Source: Eledone cirrhosa
Taxonomy: Eukaryota
DNA length: 64,000 bases
Direction of reading: 5' to 3'
NCBI GenBank assembly: GCA_964016885.1
Contig: CAXHJY010001041.1
Location: 1 to 64,000 of the forward strand
Shown in pieces: positions 28,692-41,604 of the stretch. Position numbers and translations under genes: made by a program. The notes under the pieces were generated by a model, which searched no databases, was not told the origin of the DNA, and worked only from the letters and a program-made list of their open reading frames with translations. Position 1 is the stretch's first letter. Every line of letters starts with the position of its first letter.

Positions 28692-29640
28692 AATAAGATT
28701 CTAAATAAATCTGCACAAAAACTACAAACGGAAGAAGACCGAGTTGTAACAGAATAAATTTGCAACAATTCTTTAATAAAAAATAAAAGAATTGAGTTTA
28801 TTATTTATTAAATTTCAAGTAGCGACTGTTTCACTGATATATCGTAAATTTTCTTAAGTATTTCAGATTTTGTTTTGCTATTCACATCATTTGGATTTTT
28901 TATCTCGTTATTCTTTTATCTGGTTCTGTTAGAAGTATTTCGTTCTTATATTTCCTTGTTCTCTCATTTCATTATTCTTATATTTTTATATTCTTCTAAT
29001 CATAATCGCCAGTACCACTGATCCTGTTTTTCAATAGAAGTCAAAGGAGATTGGCCGGAAGGCAAACAACATCGCAGCTTGTTTTAAATAATGTTCATTG
29101 GATTCCATTGTATGAGTGTTCCAGTACAATAGGGATTTTTAGTGAGAATTTCTCCGAGCCAATTCTTTAGTGAGATTACAACACTGGCCTCGGGTATTAA
29201 CCATTGAGTGGAGACATTTCATTTCGGCAATCAGAGAGCCTCTATGGAGGCTTCAAGATTACAATATGGCTTCTGGTTCTTTAAAAAAAGGTAGAGACAA
29301 AAGGACAAACAAGCGAAAAGGTTGAAATTTGCATATCAAAAGATATAGAATGTTCTTGATGGTGTTGTTGCTGACGGTGGTGTTGATAGATGTTACTGTA
29401 GATCTGTTGTTATTGTCGTCGTTTTCTATCCATTTTCTACCGTATCTGTATTTGAACATCTCAGGTATTTTCAATCTTTTCCGCCAGTTCCTTTTCTAAG
29501 TCGTCTCTCACTTCGACTAGAAAAAAACAATATGGCTCTGCCAACTTCCCATAACCCTTCTTCAGAATCTTTGCTTTTATCTCTCTTTCGATCTACTTAT
29601 TGAATTTCATAACGCGTACACACACACACAGACACAGGCA

Positions 29641-29745
<105 letters not shown>

Positions 29746-30094
29746 CAGCCGTCGCCGGAAATCGTGTATGACTTGGTAGCATATAGTGGGCTTTCGTTAA
29801 ACATTTTAGAAATCCGCGCAGTCGTGTGAGAAAAGTCAGGGACAGACTCTCGACCATCAACCATTCCCTTGACCCGGAGGGAACATGTAGGAGCGGGCAG
29901 GTAGAGAAAGGGGGGTTTATCAGGGTAGACATTAGTGGAATTTGAATGTACAAACCTGGAACAAATATACAAAGACCAAACACCTTACACACACACCACA
30001 CGCACACAGGCACACAGATACACACACAGACAGACACACGCACGCACACACACGCACGCACACACACGCACGCACACACACACACACACACACG

Positions 30095-30149
<55 letters not shown>

Positions 30150-30345
30150 ACGCACTCACACACACAGACAGACACGCACGCACACATACACACACACACG
30201 CACAAACACACATATATCTTATATGAAAAAGTTGAAAATAAAAATGCAGTTGGAGTCTTTATGAATGTTTACACTAACTTATAACTTTAACGGTTTCATG
30301 ATTTTCAAAAGTTAAGAGAGATGGAGAGATGTGGGGCTATGCTGA

Positions 30346-30411
<66 letters not shown>

Positions 30412-30413
<2 letters not shown>

Positions 30414-30774
30414 ATATTTGGCAATATATCGCATGTTTAATTAAAACATTTAGAAGACTATACACTATCAGTTTTAAAGTAGTGACTATGTCCCTTACTT
30501 CTTTCGGCGAAAGAAGGGAGAGAAGCTGACAGTCTGTTTCATGTTGGTTGGCGTTCATCAGAGCCACGTACTCCCCTGCTTTCGCCGAAAATTATAGAAT
30601 TCAAGTAATAATCAGGAGCTGATTATACAGAGCGATTTCCGGTCCAGCAAAAATTAGGTATTAGTATTGGTGCTCTGAAATAGCGATGTATACATGAATG
30701 TATGTATAGTATATTTGGCAATATACTGTATGTTTAATTAAAAACATTTAGAAGACCATACACTATCAGTTTTA
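30412..30774 (-). mobile_element. Retrozyme-like element, family H3: about 297-nt monomer with about 65-bp terminal direct repeats
   Basis: Direct repeats at 30412-30476 and 30709-30774; (TA)n on both sides; central HHR. Confidence 0.72.
30502..30590 (-). ncRNA. Type I hammerhead ribozyme with long stem I (stem II eroded)
   Basis: Minus strand: GGCT-CTGATGA-ACGCCAACCAACAT-GAAA-CAGACTG-TC-AGCT, closed distally by GGGAG/CTCCC and TTTCGGCGAAAG/CTTTCGCCGAAA; GUC triplet. Confidence 0.7.
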
Positions 30775-30797
30775 TATATATATATATATATATATAT

Positions 30798-30935
30798 AGG
30801 GAAATGTTCAAGACCCCGACTGCAGAACTCTGCAGTCGGGGTCTTGAACATTTTCCTATTACCCACTCTACTACCCAAAGTATTGAGTACTCTGGTGCGT
30901 TATGGTCCACCTGGTTCCTCACCACACTTCCTTCG

Positions 30936-30937
<2 letters not shown>
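30798..30937 (+). mobile_element. Family H2 fold-back 3' end
   Basis: Perfect hairpin AAATGTTCAAGACCCCGACTGCAGA-AC-TCTGCAGTCGGGGTCTTGAACATTT plus the H2 tail. Confidence 0.7.
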
Positions 30938-30990
<53 letters not shown>

Positions 30991-32630
30991 ATGCAAAATG
31001 TCGCACTTCAGAAAGGCTGGAGAGTTCTGAAGTTCATAGAACATGTAAAAACTCAAACGTCAAAACAAATGACTGTAAACACAGTTGATTGGTATAAATA
31101 ATAGTTTATAGATTCGGGTAAAATACCCTTATAGTCAAAACAATGTGGCCAGTGGAGGAATCGAACTTCATATCTTTCAGATACTGGCTGACTGCTATAA
31201 CCATTGAGGTGAAGGGGTCTTTTTTTAGCAGAGCTTCAGGTCGGACTAGCTGGACCTTTGTGAGTGAAATTATTTGTAAGTCCGTCAGATGTACTCGTAG
31301 TTAATTCAAATTCCATATTCCACTCTAGTTGTTCATATTAACTGGTGGTCGTCGAACTCTCCTCATTAATATAATTTTGAAAGATGTCAGCTTTATCAAA
31401 CATTGTCACACGGAATCTCCCTGAGGGTATAGGCCATGTACACGTTAACATCACAAGCAGGCTGTTCTGTTGATCAAACAACTGGAACACTCATCGTCGA
31501 TATCGACAGGGACCTAATCCAGTGTAGTTGTTGATATGAACGAGAGTTTGTCGAAATCTCGACATTAATTTCCAAACTTTCATCATCTTCCTTTTCTCTC
31601 TCTTGTTACTCCTGGAAGTGGATTCACTAATTCAATTTTATTATTTGCCTTCAATAACTGAATTTATGATTTATTAATAATCTAATTTGTCCAAAAATAA
31701 CCAGATTACTGAAGGGTGGGCAATGAGACACACACCCCGCTCACTTTCCTATAAACTTTCATTACACCCGTTCCCCAACCGGTTTAGAGCCGTTACTAAT
31801 CCGTTAGTTTTCCACCTGCAGAATTATGTCAGCGATGAGAAAATCAATATTTTAAATTATTTAAATTAGAATCTAACAACTAATAGAACCAACGGCCTGT
31901 GGTTCATCTTGGTGGCTTCAATTAACATCGGGTGGGGGGAATTACGGAAACAAAAGTTTAGTATGGTTGAATCTAAACTAAATAGTAATAAGTAATAATA
32001 GTAATAAGTTTAGTATACTATAGTTTAATCTAAACAGTAATAAGTTTAGTATGGCTTAGTTTAAACTAAAATGGTGACGAACTGCCAGAATTGTTCAAAC
32101 GGTAGATTGACGCTCTTTTAGGGTCATTCATTCAATTTCTCTGTGCTCTGAGTCCAAATCCTACAGCGTTCAACTTCACATTTTATCCATTAGGGGCCAG
32201 AAAATAAGAGAAGATGGGGGTTCATTTCTCTCTCCCTCTCCATGTGGTCAAACCTAGAAATTAATTGGGCATCGCCGATATTTAAAATATTACGAAGGAA
32301 TCCAGCGTGTCTATGTTCACGTTTACTGCCTGTTTAGATCCCTCGACTTAGCGGTTTAACAAAATAAATACTGTTATTGCTGCCCCAGCATGACCGCAGT
32401 CCGTTCACTAACCCCGGTAAAAAAATTTAATATTTCAATATCTTCCAAAGAATGAAATGTTTTTGAAATTCCAATTTGTCAAAATCTACTTTTTGTCTGT
32501 CAAGAAAATTAGGGGTTTTGATATAAAAACTGTTCCCGTTGAACTCTTTTTCACGTGATCAGGGGTCAAAATAATCGGATCACGTCAAGAATAACTTAAC
32601 TCTGAAATGACTATACGTGTTGATTCTTGT

Positions 32631-32693
<63 letters not shown>

Positions 32694-32778
32694 CACACAC
32701 ACATATATGTACACATATGTGTGTGTATGTATATATATACACACATATATGTACACATATATGTGTGTGTATATCTAT

Positions 32779-33260
32779 CTAGGGCGGGTAAAATTCCAGA
32801 GATCTATGGACGAGTTCTCTCCAGCGGTCTCTGTCCCTTATTATCGCTGCCATGTCCTGCATCTCCAAGAGACCAGTGTTTGTCCTTAGGGCATCAACAT
32901 ACGTTAACCTTGGTCTTGCCTTTCCAGTGTGTCCATGCATGGGCTCCGACAGGAGCACTGAGTGCAATGTCAACTCTGGATGTCGGTGAGCATGTCCAGC
33001 CAACCTCAGTCTCCTCTGTGTCACTTTTGAGCTGACTTTTGGGAGGCTCCCATACAGCTCTGAGTTTTTCATCCTCAGTGTATACTGATTAATGTTCAGA
33101 GCCATCCTCAGCATTCTCGTGTAGCACCCATCCACCATCTGATTGAGTTTCTTGGTCAGTGTCCAAGTCTCAGACCCATACAGCAGCAATGAAGAGGCGG
33201 ATCTTCAGGTCTTTACAAAGGTCCAACTTCCACACCGATCTCAAGCTGTATTTCCCATAG
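32779..33260 (-). mobile_element. RTE-group LINE 3' fragment
   Basis: LLYGSETWTLTK...DGCYTRMLRMALN...RRLRLAGH...RPRLTY...DRDRWR. Confidence 0.9.
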
Positions 33261-33873
33261 TAAAAAAAATATGGATATATATATATATATGAAAGATTAT
33301 TTGTAAACCTGTTTCAACCAGCAATGAGAGTTCGCTCTCCAATCATTCTTTACAAATAACAAGATGTTTTTATATGGATATTTGTTTCTTTTTTATAATT
33401 CTAGAGGCAAAGAGTTGGGTCTGGATCATGTGACTGGAGAAGGGATGTCCGGGGTGAATGCTCGGTAAGACAATTTCTTTCTTTTTACACGAATCCCGTC
33501 ATATCAGAGATATATGCTTTATAAATTCTTAATGTATCACAATTTGATATTACTTCGCGAATTTTTGAAAACACTTATTGGACTAATAATAAAAATAGAC
33601 TTTACCAGATGATCTGCTCAACAATGACGAATCTTATTTTACTTACAGTCAATAATAATAATACACCATGTGTGTTTGTGTATAGAGAGAGAGAGAGAAT
33701 GTTTAAGTATCGAGAGAGAGAGAAAAAAGGAAAGATAGGCGATACATATATTTAGTTGCCAATAGTTTGTGCAAATGAGCTCAATACTCGTGCCTACAGG
33801 GTTAAATATTAGAAGCGTCAATATTTAGTGGGCGAGAAAAAATGTTATGTATATATATATATAAATATATAAA

Positions 33874-33944
<71 letters not shown>

Positions 33945-34032
33945 TTTTATAAACATTTGTAAAAGTTATACAAAAGAATAAAACTTTATATTCAGACATG
34001 TATTGTACAAATTACTTCATGATTATATGGTC

Positions 34033-34088
<56 letters not shown>

Positions 34089-34092
<4 letters not shown>

Positions 34093-34866
34093 AAAAAGTA
34101 TGACCCCGGCGGCAGAGCTCAAGCCGTTTCGACGGCTATTTCTGGACTAAATTAGAATTTTTAGCCTGGTGAATAAATAGCCGAACTTGTCAAGGGGGTA
34201 CTTCCTTATATGGGAGGATTGGTTAAAATTTGTTGTGAACACAAATAAATCTATCATGGCATTTGGTAGGAGGTTGGGGTGGCTGAACTTGCTTTTGTTA
34301 CTATTCAATTTCTACAAGTTTTTTCTATTCTCAACTTATTAACCTGTAATTGTAAGATAGCATCGTGATTTTTTATTCATTTCTCACTATCTAATTTTAT
34401 ATATTTTTTATTTATTTCTATTATCTTTTATTATCTCCTACTCTCATTCGATTTACCTATTCTATAACCTCCCTCCTCCACTTCATACACTATCCTTAGA
34501 ATCTGCTGTATACATATCACTTTCAACGCTTGACCGCCCCACTCACTCCCCTATTGTTCTATAGGCAAGTTCAGCCACCCCTACATCCCACCAAATGTCA
34601 TGATAGACTTATTTGTGTTTACAACAAATTTTAACCAATCCTCTTGACAACTACAATCTTTCCATATAAGGAAGTACCCCCTTGACAAGTTCGGCTATTT
34701 ATTCACCAGGCTAAACATTCTAATTTAGTACAGAAATAGCCGTCGAAACGGCTTGAGCTCAGCCGTCGGTGTCATACTTTTTCCTATTTCCCACTCTACT
34801 ACCCTAAGTATTGAGTACTCTGGTACGTTATGGTCCATCTGGTTCCTTACCACAATTCCTTTGTTA
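34089..34866 (+). mobile_element. Family H2 Penelope-like element with inverted pseudo-LTR
   Basis: 34089-34292 is an inverted copy of 34565-34787; an unduplicated tail of about 80 nt runs to 34866; TA flanks. Confidence 0.78.
34672..34779 (+). ncRNA. Type I hammerhead ribozyme, U3-A8 variant core (inverted copy at 34096-34203)
   Basis: AAGTA-C-CCCC stem I; TTGACAA (34682-34688); stem II CGGCTATTT/AAATAGCCG; GAAA (34745-34748); stem III CGGCT/AGCCG; GUC (34765-34767); 3' strand GG(T/G)G-TCA-TACTT. Confidence 0.68.
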
Positions 34867-34891
34867 TATATATACATATATATATATATAT

Positions 34892-34993
34892 AAACGGAAA
34901 AAATGAAACGAAATTTCATTTCCCACTCTTAGTACGGCTGTTACTTAAATATAAGTATGTACACGTACATACATATATGTATACAGACGTATG

Positions 34994-35026
<33 letters not shown>

Positions 35027-35396
35027 GTATGTATATATATATATATATATATACATACATGCACACATATATATATGTACGTATGGATTCACCGAACAGT
35101 TATTATAATGCTCGGTGTGTTTGTAAACAAACATCCCGTATTAAGCCGTAGTGTCTAGCAACCATCGTTGCTCGTTTGTTCAACACTGACAAAGGAACGC
35201 TGTACTAGTTTCAAGCTTATTAGCTATCGTCAGCAACGTATACTTTCCTGCCAGATTGTTGAACGTATATATTAACGGCTGAGTAGCCCAATTTGCATAT
35301 CGAGTGGGTTAATCGGCCGGGTGCACCGAAAACGATAAACGGAAAAAATAAAACGAAATTTCATTTCCCACTCTTAGTACGGCTGTTACTTAAATA
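34892..35396 (-). mobile_element. Family H1 element, about 445-nt monomer with about 60-bp terminal direct repeats
   Basis: AAACGGAAAAAAT.AAACGAAATTTCATTTCCCACTCTTAGTACGGCTGTTACTTAAAT at 34892-34950 and 35337-35395. Confidence 0.78.
35197..35239 (-). ncRNA. Minimal type I hammerhead ribozyme
   Basis: Minus strand: ACGTTG-CTGACGA-TAGCTAATAAGCTT-GAAA-CTAG-TA-CAGCGT. Stem I pairing is kept despite changes versus the 824-866 copy. Confidence 0.82.
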
Positions 35397-35864
35397 AGGT
35401 TGTACTGGGATACATGTTACCAGAAGCACCAACTGGTGACCTGACATAATATATATATATATATATATATACATACATATACATATAATCAACCTTAATC
35501 ACACTCTATTAACACAGACTCAAGCAAATTCTGCTGGTTTCCGAGCTGTGTCTGGACGGAAGCAGCCACCTAGTGTTATACAAATGCATTAAATTAGTCT
35601 GCGATTTGTGCATGTTTGTTGCTCATTTGAACACTAGTGGAGATATACCTCCAAGTAACAGCTACATACCGTAATTGATGACATTCGATAAAGAAATATG
35701 GGGCAAGCCCTTATCTGAACACTGAGTCTCAGAAATATTATCAAACTTTCTTTTGACCTATCTCAACATAGATTACAGCTAACACTCTCCTACAACAATT
35801 TAAAGTTTTTTTTTCTTTTCTTTTCGATGTTGTTGTAGTTGCTGTTGTTAATATATTACTTTGT

Positions 35865-36215
35865 GATTTAGGCACAAGGCCAGTAATTTCAGGGAAGGGG
35901 GGAATCAATTATATCGACCCATGTACATGACTGGTACTTTATTTTATTGAATCCGGGAAGGATGAAAGGTACAAATTGACCTCGGCTAGATTTCAACTCA
36001 GACTTTTGATTTAGGCACAAGACTAACAATTTTGGGGGGAGGGGAAAGTCGATTAAATCGATCCCAGTACATTACTGGTACTTTATTTTATCGACCCCAT
36101 AAGGATGAAAGGCAAAGCTAAACTCAGCGGGATTTGAACTCAGAATGTAAAGGGCCGTAACTCCATGCTGCAAAGCATATTGTCCGACACTCTACCGATT
36201 ATTGCTAATCCACCA
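35865..36215 (-). mobile_element. Two tandem family A SINEs
   Basis: Two copies of TTTAGGCACAAG...CTGGTACTTTATTTTA...GGATGAAAGG. Confidence 0.85.
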
Positions 36216-36494
36216 CTTTTGTTAACATAATGAAAACTGTAGAGTGGCAGAATAAATTGTCAGATACAACACCACCGTATTTCTTCTACATCTTTACGTT
36301 CTCTGTTCAAACTTTGCTTTTTTTGTTCTTCCTTGGTCAATAAAATGAACTACCAGTAATGTACTGGTGTTGCTTTAATCAACTTTACCCTTCCCCCAGA
36401 ATTCGATTGTTTTATGTATGACTCAATTAGAAATCAATATAATGTTTTGAGGAGGAGGGAAATCGACTAAAATAGGATCAGCTTTGCTCAACGG

Positions 36495-36544
<50 letters not shown>

Positions 36545-36782
36545 TATAAAGTATGTCCATAGAATCATTTGATAATATATATACACCATTTCCTCTCTCA
36601 ATTAGCATAATTAACCACACAAAAAATCAATTAGACCTGGCTATAAGATTAAAAGGCACCTATGAAGAAATAGTAGATAAATAAACGACAGCAATCTATT
36701 CGCGACCATTTGCTATAGAATATTTACCCAACATTTCAATAGCACGTGGAAATCGATTAAATATACCGTCAACCATACACAA

Positions 36783-38252
36783 TCTATATATATAAAGCTG
36801 TGGTTGTCTGTCTGTCTATCGATTTTTGGCACACATCTCCTCTTAGAATCTCTGACAGAATTGCACCGAAATTGCTATACTTGTACATTGAGCCCTAGCG
36901 AAGACATCGGAAAAAAAATATTTCAAATTGACTCACCCTATGTGACGAAATCGAATCTAACGTATCGATTTTTGAGCGTAAGTGACGAGTTATTTCCCTT
37001 TGTTCTGTTTACATTGAGCGTCTTACGTAAAAAATTACGCTGGCTTTCTCAGCGTTTAAAATGACATTAACACAATACACGAACAGTTGTCGAGCCAGCA
37101 AAATATTGACCTGCAAAATTCATCAGTTCGAACACTAAGCTTCCGTTTTGCTTCATTTCCTTTTAAAAGCCTTTTAAAACAATATTTTTACTTGAAAACA
37201 AGTCTATTTAAAGACTACGTAAAACAAGCAAATATTTCGTAAAAAAAAGCAAAAATTATATAAGTTTATTTAAAATATATGTATCTGTAAATTTCGTTAG
37301 GCGTGCAGACAGACAGTCGTGCAGAGAGGTGTTATAGGCGTGCAGACAGACAGTCGTGCAGAGAGGTGATATAGGCGTGCAGACAGACAGTCGTGCAGAG
37401 AGGTGATATAGGCGTGCAGACAGACATCTATATATATAAAACTGTGGTTGTCTGTCTGTCTATCGATTTTTGGCACACATCTCCTCTTAGAATCTCTCAC
37501 GGAATTGCACCGAAATTGCTAGACTTGTACATTGAGCCCTAGCGAAGACATCGGAAAAAAAAAAAATTTCAAATTGACCCACCCTATGTGACGAAATCGA
37601 ATATAATGAATCGATTTTTGAGCGTAAGTTATCAGTTATTTCCCTTTGTTCTGTTTACATTGAGCGTCTTACGTAAAAAATTACGCTGGCTTTAACAGCT
37701 GTCGAGCCAGCAAAATATTGACCTGCAAAATTCATCAGTTCGAACACTAAGCTTCCGTTTTGCTTCATTTCCATTTAAAAGCATTTTAAAACAATATTTT
37801 TACTTGAAAACAAGTCTATTTAAAGACTACGTAAAACAAGCAAATATTTCGTCGTTAGACGTGCAGACAGACAGTCGTGCAGAGAGGTGATATAGGCGTG
37901 CAGACAGACAGTCGTGCAGAGAGGTGATATAGGCGTGCAGACAGACATAACTGATAATTTGGTTACGCTAATGTTTTTCTCTGCGTTGCAGTGTTTACAT
38001 TTTCGATCTTTGTTAATAAATAACCAGTGCAGTTTTTATCCCCAGCATCCTCTTTTGTTATAACATTCGGGTTATCGTTATGTTTTCTTAACTTCATAAG
38101 GCATATTGTTGGTTGAGGGAATATTAATCAAAAACACCACATGCAAGTCTGCACAGTAGACACTACATTTTTTAAGCCAAAAAAGAAACTTAACATTGTA
38201 ACTTTAACACAGCTACTGAGCGACCCCGAGCAACGCCGGGCTTTACTGCTAG
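36783..38252 (+). mobile_element. Non-autonomous Helitron with duplicated 5' half
   Basis: A|TCTATATATATAAA starts at 36783 and 37427; 3' hairpin CCCGAGCAACGCCGGG; CTAG|T end at 38252; no TSD. Confidence 0.85.
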
Positions 38253-38361
38253 TTAGGTATAAAATTAAAGTTAGAAGAAAACATGCATATACACATATAT
38301 ATATATATATACACATATATATATAATTGGATATATGAGAGGGATGAACACAGATATAACT

Positions 38362-38402
<41 letters not shown>

Positions 38403-38459
38403 CAATACTAATAAATGGAAAATATGTTTATAATACCATATATATATATATAAAGGTAA

Positions 38460-38622
38460 ACTCTATAAGTTGATAATACAACAATAATACTCTCAGATGT
38501 TTAAAGCTCGGATTATTTCTCTACAAATTTATTAAAAAGAACATTTTTTTGGAGAACGAAACATATGTAGAACAAATAAATAATGTATTAATTGTTGAAC
38601 GTTGGTGATCTATTTCTTGTGT
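38460..38622 (+). mobile_element. Penelope-like end with decayed HHR, family H4
   Basis: TTCTC...GAGAA stem, GAAACATATGTA, AATAAA; homologous to 54240-54355. Confidence 0.5.
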
Positions 38623-38680
<58 letters not shown>

Positions 38681-38684
<4 letters not shown>

Positions 38685-38860
38685 AAAAGAGTCAGAACCC
38701 CGACGGCAGAGCTCAAGCCATTTCGACAGCTATCTCGTCCAGAAATAGCTGTCGAAATGGCTGGGGTTCTGACTCTTTTTCTATTACCAACTCTACTACC
38801 CAAAGTATTGAGTACTCTGGTGCATTATGGACCACCTGTTTCCTTACCACACTTCCTTTG

Positions 38861-38863
<3 letters not shown>
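38681..38863 (+). mobile_element. Family H2 fold-back 3' end
   Basis: Inverted AGGAAAAGAGTCAGAACCCC...CCATTTCGACAGCTAT versus ATAGCTGTCGAAATGG...GGGGTTCTGACTCTTTT, plus the H2 tail. Confidence 0.72.
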
Positions 38864-38905
<42 letters not shown>

Positions 38906-39147
38906 GAAAAATAAAAAATAAAAGTTATGGGCAAAAGAGGGCAATATCCATCGTCAGTTGTCTGCTAGGAATCATAGGTATTTCTTCGCGTTAGAGACAA
39001 GATACCTCAGCCTAGGGCGAATCAATAACTAAAATAAGTTATTGGGATAAAAGGGGGGGGGTGTAAACAGACACGAAGCGTGAAGCAACATAAAGAGAGG
39101 TAAAATAGGAAAAATATCAAGTCATATATATATATATATATATATAT

Positions 39148-39312
39148 CGTAATAATAATAAATTTGAAGACTAAGATCCAAAGAGGGCTCGATAAGGATA
39201 AATATATATCAAATAAATAAGAACCGTAGAGCAAATATTTTAGTTAGTTTCAGAAGATCCCGTTAAGGGTGAAAGCAACGATTCTTTGCTTAAACTTTAA
39301 TTTGTTATTTTA

Positions 39313-39320
<8 letters not shown>
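39148..39320. mobile_element. Unclassified TA-flanked dispersed repeat (second copy 60591-60705)
   Basis: Shared GAAGACTAA.ATCCA.AGAGGGCTCGATAAGGATAAATATAT...AAGAACCGTAGAGCAAATATTT. Confidence 0.7.
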
Positions 39321-39350
<30 letters not shown>

Positions 39351-39911
39351 CACTCCCTTCCAGTGATATATCTAGTAGCTAACATCCTTTTAATCTGAAG
39401 ACATATTTTTTTGTTTGTTAATTGTTGTTGTTCGGGAAATGTTTTGCTGTATATTTCGCTATAATATAAAACTGATGGAAGTTCTTACATTGCTACAAAG
39501 ATGTTTTATCACACAATACATTCTAAATGTCTTCCTTTCAATATCTCTCTGTGTCTTACAACTACAGCAATATTTCTGTTGCTATGGTTGTTATTTTTCT
39601 CATTAGTTACCGGGGGGGGGGGGGGGCTATGTCAGATAATTATGAACGTTTGAACCCCACAAAATGTTTTTATTGTTGTTATTGTTGTTCTCACCTGTGG
39701 TGGTATTGTTTCATTTTCTTCTTCTTCATCTTATCCTACTTCTCATCAGCATAATTATCACCATTATCATCATCATCGACAACATCATTATTATCATCAT
39801 CATCGACATAATCATCAGCTGCATTATAATAGTCATTTTCATCATCTTTATCGTTATCATCATCGTCAATAACATCAGCCTCGTCATCATCATCATCATC
39901 TCTTTATATAA

Positions 39912-40088
39912 GGGTGGTGCATAGGCAGTATCGGTAGAGGCTCGGACGCCATGCTTTGATGCATAGAGTTACGGCCCTTGCCATTCTGAGTTCAAATCCC
40001 GCCTTTCATCCTTACGGGGTCGATAAAATAAAGTACCAGTAATGCACTGGGTATTTGCTGGCCTTGTGCCAAAAGTAGAAACAATTAT
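39912..40088 (+). mobile_element. Family A SINE
   Basis: Near-identical to 49183-49373. Confidence 0.88.
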
Positions 40089-40384
40089 TTTCTCTTTATA
40101 ACAAACAAATGTTATTCAATTTCAAACTTTCAGTGATTTTTTTTCATTTTCTTCTTTTTTTGTTAAATTAAGCCCCACCCCCCACACCCCACACACACCC
40201 CACCCCCAATCAACAACTCTCTTTCCAGTAAATCCAGCAGTTTTCCTGGTGTATTGTTAATGTTCTATCACATCTTGACACATTCAGCTTCCGATCGGAA
40301 CCATTTATAGTTACATATCAAAGCCACCTGCTTTATTAATAAACCATTCAAACATTTTTTGTTTGTTTTTCTCTTACATCGCTC

Positions 40385-40720
40385 TATATCTTCACATTTC
40401 TCTTTCTTCTCGTGTATCTATCTTCACATTTCTCTTTCTTCTCGTGTAGCTATCTTCACATTTCTCTTTCTTCTCGTGTATCTATCTTCACATTTCTCCT
40501 TCTTCTCGTGTATCTATCTTCACATTTTTCCTTCTTCTGGTGTAGCTATCTTCACATTTCTCCTTCTTCTTGTGTAGCTATCTTCACATTTCTCCTTCTT
40601 CTTGTGTAGCTATCTTCACATTTCTCCTTCTTCTCGTATAACTATCTGTCACATTTCTCCTTCTTCTCGTATAACTATCTGTCACATTTCTCCTTCTTCT
40701 CGTATAACTATCTGTCACAT
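40385..40720. repeat. Pyrimidine-rich minisatellite, unit about 33-35 bp
   Basis: Recurrent CTATCTTCACATTTCTCCTTCTTCTCGTGTA. Confidence 0.88.
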
Positions 40721-41604
40721 TTACTCCACCCTCGCATCAAGTTTTTCCATTTTTTTCTCTCTTTCCTTCTTTTTTTATTATTTGTCCAAGAAAATCCTGT
40801 TTTTTCTTTGACGGGAATCAAAATATGGCACCATGGAGTTTCAGTTTGTTTTGCCATGAATAATATCTGTTGCTTATTTCACCTGTCATTTTCTAATATA
40901 AATTAGTATGAATTTAATTAAACAGCTGTCAATCGGGACCAGGTTGTGTTGAACAGTAAATGGCCAGAAAGTTGCCAACCTTTTCTTTCTATTTGTAAAA
41001 CATTTCTGTAGCAAGGCAATTCATTTTTGTGACTATTAATAGATTTCAAGGGTGGCCAATAACAAATGGTAAAGAAAATACTTTACAGTTGTATTTCGTT
41101 ATATTACAAGGCAACGAATTAGCAAAGTCTTTAGAACAATAGATAGAATACTTTGCGGTATTGGTTCCAGTTCTCTAATCTCTGAGCTCAAACCCCGCTG
41201 AAGTCAACTTTATGGCGACCCTATGACTCTCTCAGGAATTACGGGACCATACATGCCATGTATTTTTTTCTTAATAATTCGAGTTTAAATCCTGAAGTCA
41301 CGGTTACTCTCATCCGGGAGGAGCTTAGTCGCCCAAATGGTTAAGAGGTTCATTTCACACAACGCCCCAGGTTCCATCCCACTATATTGAAATAGGGAGC
41401 AAGGGTTGCTATGAAACAAATATTAACTTTGGAATACGCAAGTCGAAGAAAAATAATGTATATCGGTAAAACTGGTGTATCAGTCAAGTGTGGTTTTCTC
41501 GTTGCTTTGGGTCACCGGACGCAGTCTTCAATTTGTCAAGCTTTCTAATGTATGTTATTACTCTAAGGTGACACAACCTTATTGAGTGCTTTGCTGCACA
41601 TTCC

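Noticed and set aside
20580-29600. Scattered protein-like minus-strand stretches (about 20.6, 21.1, 22.2, 24.0, 26.3 and 29.1 kb)
   Set aside because: Frames are interrupted by stops and I recognise no family. BLASTX of the masked region would be needed.
29790-29930. Minus-strand CTGATAA...GAAAGC...GCTA as an HHR
   Set aside because: Stem I does not pair and the spacing is implausible.
31145-31210. tRNA-like sequence on the minus strand
   Set aside because: It has A/B-box remnants but no cloverleaf; probably a decayed SINE head.
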